From a virus (lineage: Duplodnaviria; Caudoviricetes), in the IMG/VR virus record IMGVR_UViG_3300037502_000876, positions 1 through 24,695 of that record: 24,695 bases of DNA; one strand, 5' to 3'. The notes under the pieces were generated by a model. That model saw only the letters and a program-made list of their open reading frames with translations. It ran no database searches and had not been told where the DNA came from. A program made the position numbers and the translations under genes. Below are positions 8,079 through 15,102 of this stretch, one piece after another. Position 1 is the first letter of the stretch. Each line of letters opens with the position of its first letter.

Positions 8079-9290
8079 TTACGCATTTATCATCTCTATA
8101 TTCTTTAGATTTACATGAGATACTTTGGACATACGCTCATATAAATTAGGGTAGAAACCATTGTTAGTTTCTACATAGTCGTAGAACCAATCCCACTTTA
8201 GCATACCCAACTTAACATCTGATAGGGTCATATCTCTAGTGTATTCTACGCTTGCGTGTGCTAGTTCGATAGCACTAAGAACACCGCTAGGTCTAGTAGT
8301 TCCCCTAAAGAACCGCAGTTCTAGCGTGTGTTCGTTCTGCGTATTTACCGCAGAATATCTTTCGGTGTGGCTTCGTCCGTCTAACTTGTGCTTGACGGAG
8401 AAGTATGGTCTATCGTATTCATCATACTGCCACACATCATTAAACTTCGCATAGTCAGACTTACGACCTGCGAACTTCATCATCTCTGGTGCGTTCTTAT
8501 AGATAAGCGTTAGCCACCTATGCGTATGCGCCCCACTCTTAAACCCTGCCCTGCTTACATGGATATGGATACCGCAACTCTCTGCGTCCCATGACCTTGC
8601 TTGTTCTGTATTGCGCAGATAATCTAAACCTTGCCATAGGTCAGACATCTGACTAGTCCAATGACCGAAGGATAATGGGTGAGATACTAACTCGAACCCA
8701 AGATATCCACCCCTGCCAATACTACTATCATCTTTAAGGTAGATACTATCGCCTACCTTATTTTGGATATACTGCGCACTATCTCGCAGATTACCCGACC
8801 TAATCTCCATCTCTAACTCTAACCCGAAGTATAAGTCATGCTTATCATTACCGAAGAAGTGTGGGTTAGGCTTGTATGAGTATTGGTGGATTAGGTTAGA
8901 CCTACGATTATGACCTTCACCGCACCCTTCACACTCATTAGCATAGTATTGGTCGCAATCTTCGCAGTATGAAGCGTTATCTTCATAGCACCCTTCGCAC
9001 CAATACTCACCCCTATCTTCGATATGATATGTGCTTACATGGTCGGGATAACTACTACTACATCTTTCGCAGTAGTTAGTGTTATTCTCCCAGCAACTCT
9101 CGCAATAATCACCGACACCTTCTACATAGTGAGTGTTATCGTTCCATGTATATTCTTCGCAGTTATTACACCACGCTCTACAATCTTCACATAGTAGGCT
9201 ATCATCTACGAAGCATAAGTCATCTTCGTTAGTCGTAGTCCAACTACATGAACCGCACTCATACTGCGTAGGTTCTTCATCTATCGGCAT
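8079..9290 (-). CDS. Putative amidoligase (COOH-NH2 ligase, Amidoligase_2-like) with N-terminal CxxC repeats
   Basis: FGLELEME, DSSI, FELVSHP, CGIHIHVS, RYSAVN, TLELRFFRGT motifs. Confidence 0.85.
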   Translation of the reverse strand: MPIDEEPTQYECGSCSWTTTNEDDLCFVDDSLLCEDCRAWCNNCEEYTWNDNTHYVEGVGDYCESCWENNTNYCERCSSSYPDHVSTYHIEDRGEYWCEGCYEDNASYCEDCDQYYANECEGCGEGHNRRSNLIHQYSYKPNPHFFGNDKHDLYFGLELEMEIRSGNLRDSAQYIQNKVGDSIYLKDDSSIGRGGYLGFELVSHPLSFGHWTSQMSDLWQGLDYLRNTEQARSWDAESCGIHIHVSRAGFKSGAHTHRWLTLIYKNAPEMMKFAGRKSDYAKFNDVWQYDEYDRPYFSVKHKLDGRSHTERYSAVNTQNEHTLELRFFRGTTRPSGVLSAIELAHASVEYTRDMTLSDVKLGMLKWDWFYDYVETNNGFYPNLYERMSKVSHVNLKNIEMINA

Positions 9291-9313
9291 ATCATCACCC
9301 CCTTGTAGCCTAT

Positions 9314-9368
9314 ATTATAGCACCTTGCTATAACCTAGTCAAGCACCTTTCGTGTGGTGTTAATCACA
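9314..9368 (-). promoter_or_regulatory. SigmaA-type promoter with upstream CRP-type box
   Basis: TTGACT(9342-9337)-17 nt-TATAAT(9319-9314); TGTGG-N6-TCACA at 9353-9368; inverted repeat TTATAGCA-AGG-TGCTATAA over the -10. Confidence 0.8.
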
Positions 9369-9508
9369 CTATCTACTATCTTACTTCTTAATTCTTGTAT
9401 CTCTAATACTAGCACCTTAAAGTCGTTCCGCTTGTGGCGTTCTTCTTCGGTGCGTAATGCTTGTCTAACCACATCTAACTCTCTCTGAGTTAGTTCTAAG
9501 GTTATCAT
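9335..9508 (-). CDS. Small coiled-coil hypothetical protein (57 aa)
   Basis: MITLELTQRELDVVRQALRTEEERHKRNDFKVLVLEIQELRSKIVDSVINTTRKVLD; ATGA coupling. Confidence 0.7.
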   Translation of the reverse strand: MITLELTQRELDVVRQALRTEEERHKRNDFKVLVLEIQELRSKIVDSVINTTRKVLD

Positions 9509-9714
9509 AGTTCGGCTTCTTCGTCTACTTCTAAACCTTCGTTTAGTCTATCTTCCATGCCGAACTCATAACCGCTATACCATACCGCAGTTAGGCGTTC
9601 TATCATATCCGCCATAGCAGTATCGTAATCTATGAAAGAATTAGGGTCAAGTGCGAGAATATCCTGCGCTTGTCTAGCCAATTCTTCATTAACTAATTCG
9701 TATAGGTCGTCCAC
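9505..9714 (-). CDS. Acidic hypothetical protein
   Basis: 69-aa ORF; GTG overlaps the upstream stop; SD AGGGG. Confidence 0.7.
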   Translation of the reverse strand: MDDLYELVNEELARQAQDILALDPNSFIDYDTAMADMIERLTAVWYSGYEFGMEDRLNEGLEVDEEAEL

Positions 9715-9815
9715 TATCGACCCCTATACTCTAGGCGACCTTGTAATCTATTCACTCTAGCAACTAGAGCGATAATCGCTAAGGTCTGAACTGCCACTAG
9801 TATCTCTAATAGCAT
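9714..9815 (-). CDS. Small single-pass membrane protein (33 aa)
   Basis: MLLEILVAVQTLAIIALVARVNRLQGRLEYRGR; SD GAAAGGA directly after a promoter. Confidence 0.65.
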   Translation of the reverse strand: MLLEILVAVQTLAIIALVARVNRLQGRLEYRGR

Positions 9816-9835
9816 ATCTTATCCTTTCGTTATGG

Positions 9836-9868
9836 CGTAAGTATATCATACTTACGGCTACAAGTCAA
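9836..9868 (-). promoter_or_regulatory. SigmaA-type promoter with palindrome over the -10
   Basis: TTGACT(9868-9863)-17 nt-TATACT(9845-9840); CGTAAGTAT-N3-ATACTTACG at 9836-9856. Confidence 0.75.
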
Positions 9869-9882
9869 GTATCCCCGACTTA

Positions 9883-9938
9883 TGGCGTGTCGTAGTAGGG
9901 TATCGAACCCTAGAGAACCCGAACCTATCGGCTACGAC
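9883..9938 (-). ncRNA. tRNA-like element lacking an anticodon arm
   Basis: GUCGUAG / CCGA-UAGGU-UCGG / GUUCUC / UAGGG-UUCGAUA-CCCUA / CUACGAC / ACGCCA. Confidence 0.6.
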
Positions 9939-9947
9939 TATCGGTGT

Positions 9948-10277
9948 CTAGTTATACTCACCGACTAACTTGCGATAATTCTGCGCTTGCTCTGCTTCGA
10001 ATTGTCGTCTGCGTTCATCTAACGCAATAGCCCGCAATTCTGCTTCGGTTAGTGGGGCAGGGGTAGCAGGGGTAGCGACTTGCGCAGACTTGCGACTACG
10101 CTTCGCTAACTTAACCGCAGGGCTATCTTCGATAACCGCCACGATATTACCCGACTTATCACGCACCACGACTTCGCTAAACTTGCGTGAGCGTGAACCC
10201 TTCCACGCTACGCTTGCCCTAACTTGTCTAGGTGGCGTAATTATGCTACCACTAACCCCGAAGGGGTTATATGGCAC
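9948..10277 (-). CDS. Hypothetical protein, first gene of the leftward early unit
   Basis: 109 aa, GTG start with SD GAAAGGA; basic N-terminal half, PATPATPA linker, helical C-terminus. Confidence 0.7.
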   Translation of the reverse strand: MPYNPFGVSGSIITPPRQVRASVAWKGSRSRKFSEVVVRDKSGNIVAVIEDSPAVKLAKRSRKSAQVATPATPAPLTEAELRAIALDERRRQFEAEQAQNYRKLVGEYN

Positions 10278-10297
10278 TAATCTATCCTTTCACTAGG

Positions 10298-10394
10298 GGC
10301 TAAGTGGCTAAGTAGTAGTTAGGGTCGTGATACCATAGGCGACCTACTGCTACTAATATCTAATCAAGCCTAACTACTGCTTAACCACTTAACC
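10298..10394 (-). repeat. 26-bp inverted repeat forming a leader hairpin
   Basis: Arms 10298-10323 and 10369-10394; on minus-strand RNA 23 Watson-Crick pairs, 2 GU pairs and 1 mismatch. Confidence 0.8.
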
Positions 10395-10533
10395 TTTATT
10401 TAGTTTTGATTACTGCGTAATTCTATCGCACTAATTCCGATTTAGCAACTCGACACGCCATATATTCGGTGTGATTTAGTTCACACGATTTAGGCTACCT
10501 ATCCGAACTGCCTAACCTTTATTTAGTTTTGAT
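10390..10533. repeat. 21-nt perfect direct repeat, two copies
   Basis: TAACCTTTATTTAGTTTTGAT at 10390-10410 and 10513-10533. Confidence 0.9.
10420..10485 (-). promoter_or_regulatory. SigmaA-type promoter with GACAC motif and perfect CRP-type box
   Basis: TTGCTA(10448-10443)-17 nt-TAGAAT(10425-10420); CGACACGCC at 10451-10459; TGTGA-TTTAGT-TCACA at 10470-10485. Confidence 0.7.
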
Positions 10534-10540
10534 AGTGCCT

Positions 10541-10595
10541 ATCTTACACGCTCACACCGAAGAAGTCAAGTCAATTTGATGTGAGATACATCACA
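10541..10595 (-). promoter_or_regulatory. SigmaA-type promoter with perfect CRP-type box
   Basis: TTGACT(10569-10564)-17 nt-TAAGAT(10546-10541); TGTGA-GATACA-TCACA at 10580-10595. Confidence 0.75.
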
Positions 10596-10609
10596 CTAAT
10601 TCGGTGGGG

Positions 10610-10664
10610 ATTATACCATGCGACCCCTAAGAAGTCAAGTCTATTCCATGTGATATAGGTCATA
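10610..10664 (-). promoter_or_regulatory. SigmaA-type promoter (extended -10) with CRP-type box
   Basis: TTGACT(10638-10633)-17 nt-TATAAT(10615-10610) preceded by TGG; TGTGA-TATAGG-TCATA at 10649-10664. Confidence 0.8.
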
Positions 10665-10678
10665 GAACATATGTTCGA
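10663..10678. promoter_or_regulatory. Actinobacterial-type LexA (SOS) box
   Basis: TAGAAC-ATAT-GTTCGA, one mismatch to TCGAAC-N4-GTTCGA. Confidence 0.55.
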
Positions 10679-10689
10679 TTACTGATGGG

Positions 10690-11125
10690 TAATATAGGTA
10701 GGGCGACAATTCGGGCATTTAGAATATATGGGGCAGATAGTCAAGAACTACATATTTAACACAATAGGGGTAAATAGTTATATTCTACCCAATAAAGGCA
10801 TATCGGACATAATACTTTACCCCTAGAATATGTCGATATATCTATATGTCGATATGTCGACAATTTGAGGGTAGGGTTATTAAGGTTCGCAACGGGGGTG
10901 GTATATAGTATCCCGTATAAATTTTCTGTTATATAGCCCCCCTATATAGGTACATATAGGTATAAATCGGACATTTTAAAAATATTTCTCACCCTAGTTG
11001 TTCGGTTTTTGTATTTGAACAGGTTATCTATATATGTAATAATAATTCCATATATAGACGGAGTCGCTCCGTTTAAGACTCCGCTCCTCCTATATAATAT
11101 ATTATATATAATATATATAATGGGT
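10690..11125. other. AT-rich non-coding region with short repeats; candidate genome end, packaging site or origin
   Basis: ATATGTCGA x3 (10828-10860), TCGG(A/G)CAT x3 (10711, 10803, 10967), TA-only run 11091-11120; lies between divergent units just before the terminase. Confidence 0.45.
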
Positions 11126-11176
11126 GAGGTCTGTCCGTTAAACCTTACCGTTAAAACACCGTTTTTAGGAGTAGTA

Positions 11177-13045
11177 GTGGGACGCAAACCAGGCAAGCAG
11201 AACATCCCTAAGGATGCCGCACAAAAGCAAGTTTTAGAACTCTTATCTCAAGGAACGACCATCACCGACGCTATGGCTGCGGTGGGTCGTAACGATGTCA
11301 CCTTCCGCCAATGGTCACTTACTGACCCTGACTTCAAGGCTGAGGCTGACAAAGCAAGGCTTGCTGGTAAAGGTGTCAAGGCTGACATGGCCAATCTGAA
11401 GGATATCTCGTTTGAGGATTTCTCCGAGCAATTCCTAGACACTAAGTTGTTCGACCACCACAAAGACTGGGTGGACCTTATTGAAGGACGGGAACCCCGT
11501 TGGCTCCATCCTGCTATGACTTATGAGCCTGCGGCCAGCAACCGTATTCTTATTAACGTACCACCTGAGCACGCCAAATCTACGGTCATCACGATTAACT
11601 ATGTGACCTACCGTATAGCCACTGACCCTAACGTCAGAATCATTGTAGTCTCTAAGACTCAAGGCATGGCACGCAAATTCCTTTCAGCCATCAAAACAAG
11701 GATGAGCCACCCTAACTGGACTAAACTCCAGATGGCCTTTGGCCCTAATGGTGGATATAAGGCTGACTCGCAGACTTGGTCTGCTGACATGATTTACCTA
11801 GGCTCTGGACGCGACTCTGGCGAAAAGGACCCTACGGTTCAAGCATTAGGATTTGGGTCGCAGATTTATGGTGCTCGCGCCGACCTGATTATCCTAGACG
11901 ATGTGGTGATGAACTCAAACTCTCATGAGTGGGAAAAGCAAATTGAATGGCTTCAAAAAGAAGTCATCACCCGTTTGGGACGGCACGGTAAACTACTTAT
12001 AGTAGGAACCCGTGTCGCCCCTGTAGATTTATATAAGATGATACGAGATGGCGACCAATGGACGGGTGGCAAATCTCCATTCACATACTTCTCTCAGCCA
12101 GCCGTGCTGGAGTTTGACGAGAAGCCTGACAACTGGAAAACACTTTGGCCTTGGACTGATAGAGCCGAAGGTGAGAAGGACGAAGCAAATGAGCAAGGAC
12201 TATACCCAAAGTGGGATGGACCCTCGCTCTTTACTCGCAGGTCTGAGGTTGCTCCGTCAATCTGGGCTATGGTCTACCAACAAGAAGATGTCGTTGAAGA
12301 CTCTATCTTCCCACCAACCTGCGTCGCAGGAAGTAGCAACGGAATGCGAAAGCGTGGACCTCTCAAGGCTGGAACGCCAGGCCATCCAAAGCATGTTGAA
12401 GGTACTTACACGGTTATAGGTTTTGACCCTGCTGTATCAGGTAGGTCTGCATTCGTAGCAGTAACCTACAACAAGGGTGACGGAAAAGTTTATGTTTTAG
12501 ATTGTGTCAATATGGTTGACCCTTCTCCACAGAAAGAGCGTGCTCTTATCGAGGAATGGGTTGAACGATATAAGCCACAAGAGTTTAGAGTTGAAATCAA
12601 CGCCCATCAAAAGGCGTATCAGATGGACACTGACCTAGTTCAGTATTTAGCCCAGTATGGATGTAAGTTAAATCCTCACTATACTGGAAAGAATAAATGG
12701 GACACATCATTTGGTGTGGCCTCTATGTCTGCCTTGTTTGGCAGTCTGAGGGACGGCAGATTTCAAGATAACAACCTAATAGAACTTCCATCTAATGAAG
12801 GTTCTGAAGGTTTAAAATCTCTGGTACAACAACTAATCACTTGGAAGCCAGATACTAAAAACCCAACTGACTGCGTGATGGCACTTTGGTTTGCTATCAT
12901 CCGAGTCCGTGAATTAATGCAACAAAGTTCTTTTGCTACTAAGTACTCAACTAATCGATGGGCTACCCGTAGACAGAAGGATATGAGATATTCTGTCAAC
13001 TTAGACGAGGCCTTTGCTGAGCAATGGTCCGAGACCTACGGTTAG
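11177..13045 (+). CDS. terL: Terminase large subunit with N-terminal HTH extension
   Basis: GTG at 11177 after AGGAG; Walker A PPEHAKST, Walker B LIILDD, coupling motif GTR, YQQ, nuclease IGFDPA and DCVMAL. Confidence 0.9.
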   Translation: MGRKPGKQNIPKDAAQKQVLELLSQGTTITDAMAAVGRNDVTFRQWSLTDPDFKAEADKARLAGKGVKADMANLKDISFEDFSEQFLDTKLFDHHKDWVDLIEGREPRWLHPAMTYEPAASNRILINVPPEHAKSTVITINYVTYRIATDPNVRIIVVSKTQGMARKFLSAIKTRMSHPNWTKLQMAFGPNGGYKADSQTWSADMIYLGSGRDSGEKDPTVQALGFGSQIYGARADLIILDDVVMNSNSHEWEKQIEWLQKEVITRLGRHGKLLIVGTRVAPVDLYKMIRDGDQWTGGKSPFTYFSQPAVLEFDEKPDNWKTLWPWTDRAEGEKDEANEQGLYPKWDGPSLFTRRSEVAPSIWAMVYQQEDVVEDSIFPPTCVAGSSNGMRKRGPLKAGTPGHPKHVEGTYTVIGFDPAVSGRSAFVAVTYNKGDGKVYVLDCVNMVDPSPQKERALIEEWVERYKPQEFRVEINAHQKAYQMDTDLVQYLAQYGCKLNPHYTGKNKWDTSFGVASMSALFGSLRDGRFQDNNLIELPSNEGSEGLKSLVQQLITWKPDTKNPTDCVMALWFAIIRVRELMQQSSFATKYSTNRWATRRQKDMRYSVNLDEAFAEQWSETYG

Positions 13046-13053
13046 GAGCCGAC

Positions 13054-13290
13054 ATGGGAATGATGAGAAAAGTAACACGAATGGCTGCGGACAAATTTGT
13101 AAATCCAATCTACAGCCGCAATAGTGGAAATCCACCACTAGACCCAGGATTTAGCAGAGGACCAGTTGCTAAGCCAAAGCCAACACCAACTGGAATGCCT
13201 ACTAAGACTTGGGGTGCTGGTAACCCTAATTATGTTAAAGACATGATTGCACGAGGCAAGGCTAAGAAGACTAACAAAGTCATCCCTTAA
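13054..13290 (+). CDS. Small basic Pro/Lys-rich hypothetical protein
   Basis: ATG at 13054 after AGGAG; sits between terminase and portal. Confidence 0.65.
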   Translation: MGMMRKVTRMAADKFVNPIYSRNSGNPPLDPGFSRGPVAKPKPTPTGMPTKTWGAGNPNYVKDMIARGKAKKTNKVIP

Positions 13291-13320
13291 AAAATTTTTT
13301 AAATAATCGTTAGGATATAA

Positions 13321-15087
13321 ATGGCACTTAATATTGAACAGATTGCTGCGCGAGTTTCTTCTCTGAAGTACCGTGCATCAGAGCGTGATGCTCGTGCTGG
13401 GGATATTCTTTCTGTACGCCAAGGCAAGATTGCTGAAGTATACCCAGACTTCTTCCCTGAAGGCGTAGACTCAAACGTAGTAGCAAACTTTATTGACATC
13501 GTAGCCCGTGACCTTTCTGAGGTTATGGCTCCACTACCTGCAGTTAACTGCTCTAGTGCTTCACAGGTCAATGACCGTGCTCGTAAATTTGCTGACAATC
13601 GTACACGTATTGCATCAAACTACTTTAATCACTCAGATTTGCAAGTCAGTATGTACACAGGTGCTGACTATTATGTAACTTATGGTTTCGTCCCATTCAT
13701 TATTGAAATGGATGACGAAGCAAAGATGCCTCGCATCCGCGTAGAAAACCCTCGGATGGCTTATCCTGAGTTTGACCGCTACGGACGATGCATATCTTTC
13801 GCTAAGATATACTCACTAACTCTTGGAGAGTTGGCTGCTCAATTCCCTGAATACGAAGTACAACTACTTGGTCGTTCAGGTTTCAAACAAGACACCAACA
13901 CTCTAATTGAGATTGTTCGTTACTACGATAAAGACCAATCTTTGGTATATGTACCAAGCCGTGAGAACCTAGTTCTTTCTCGTGCTAAGAACCCAATTGG
14001 TAAGATGATGGTCGTAATTGCTAAGCGACCTACTATCGATGGAGAGATGCGTGGACAATTTGATGATGTTATTGGTATTCAGTTGCTTCGCAACCGTTTT
14101 GCTATGCTTGCTATGGAAGCGGCTGAGAAATCTGTTCAGTCTCCTATCGTCGTACCAATGGATGTACAAGAACTACAACTTGGTGGGGATGCAGTTATCA
14201 GAACAAACACTCCTTCAGGAGTACGAAGAGTTGAACTTACCATTCCGCAAGGAGCGTTCACAGAACAGAACTTGCTCAATCAAGAACTCCGAATTGGTGC
14301 TCGATACCCAGAGGGACGAACAGGTAACGTTAATGCGTCTATCGTTACGGGTCAAGGCGTCCAGGCACTTATGGGAGCATTTGATACTCAGGTCAAGAGT
14401 GCGCAAGCAATATTTGCGACGGCTCTTCGAGATGTAATCCGTCTATGCTTTGAACTAGACGAAACAATTTTTGATGTACAAAAAACAATTCGCGGTGTAG
14501 ATGCTGGTTCTCCATACGCATTAGAATACAAACCAAGCAAGGACATCAAGGGAGATTACTCCGCTGATGTTAGATATGGTATGCTTGCAGGTTTGAATCC
14601 AGCACAAGGTCTTATATTTATGCTTCAGGCACTTGGTGGTAAACTTATCTCCAAGGATATGGCAATGCGTGAACTTCCATTTAATGTTAATGTTAGCGCA
14701 GAGCAAGAGAAGATTGAAGTTGAAGATATGCGCAATGCGCTTCTTGCTTCACTCCAAGCATACACTCAAGCAATCCCACAGATGGCAACACAAGGACAAG
14801 ACCCATCTGAAGTTGTAACTAAGATTGCTGCAGTAATTAAATCACGACAAAAGGGACAGGCTATCGAAGATGCGATTGAACAAACATTCGCACCTAAAGA
14901 ACAAGTTCCTCCTGCTGGAGTAGCACCTCAGGTTGAGCAACCGTCCCCTGCTCCCTCCTCTCCAGTAGGAGGTCCATCTCCAATGGAAATGCCACCAGCA
15001 GGACCACCTGACGTACAAAGTTTATTGTCAAGTCTAACTGGTGGAGGACAGGCAAACGCAAGCGTAAGAACAATTCGTAGACGATAG
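13321..15087 (+). CDS. Portal (head-tail connector) protein
   Basis: 588 aa after the terminase; VANFID..ARDL motif, helical body, Pro-rich C-terminal tail. Confidence 0.8.
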   Translation: MALNIEQIAARVSSLKYRASERDARAGDILSVRQGKIAEVYPDFFPEGVDSNVVANFIDIVARDLSEVMAPLPAVNCSSASQVNDRARKFADNRTRIASNYFNHSDLQVSMYTGADYYVTYGFVPFIIEMDDEAKMPRIRVENPRMAYPEFDRYGRCISFAKIYSLTLGELAAQFPEYEVQLLGRSGFKQDTNTLIEIVRYYDKDQSLVYVPSRENLVLSRAKNPIGKMMVVIAKRPTIDGEMRGQFDDVIGIQLLRNRFAMLAMEAAEKSVQSPIVVPMDVQELQLGGDAVIRTNTPSGVRRVELTIPQGAFTEQNLLNQELRIGARYPEGRTGNVNASIVTGQGVQALMGAFDTQVKSAQAIFATALRDVIRLCFELDETIFDVQKTIRGVDAGSPYALEYKPSKDIKGDYSADVRYGMLAGLNPAQGLIFMLQALGGKLISKDMAMRELPFNVNVSAEQEKIEVEDMRNALLASLQAYTQAIPQMATQGQDPSEVVTKIAAVIKSRQKGQAIEDAIEQTFAPKEQVPPAGVAPQVEQPSPAPSSPVGGPSPMEMPPAGPPDVQSLLSSLTGGGQANASVRTIRRR

Positions 15088-15102
15088 TAGTGGGAGGGGA
15101 CA

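Noticed and set aside
9883-9938. Bona fide tRNA gene
   Set aside because: No anticodon arm and CCA out of register; kept only as a tRNA-like element
10253-10269. TAACCCC-GAA-GGGGTTA hairpin as a terminator
   Set aside because: Lies in the first codons of ORF 9948..10277 and lacks a U-tract in either direction
4570-10296. Plus-strand ORFs in the early block (e.g. 4570..4809, 5104..5355, 6152..6520, 7475..7756)
   Set aside because: Antisense to a continuous chain of coupled minus-strand genes with SD sites
10390-10533. 21-nt direct repeats as a mini-CRISPR array
   Set aside because: Only two copies, separated by 102 nt that contain a promoter; no cas genes
11009-11176. N-terminal extension of the terminase ORF in the track
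   Set aside because: Translates AT-rich low-complexity DNA; the GTG at 11177 has a proper AGGAG SD
10942-11205. 87-aa minus-strand ORF
   Set aside because: Low-complexity Ile/Tyr-rich translation of the AT tract, no SD, overlaps the terminase start
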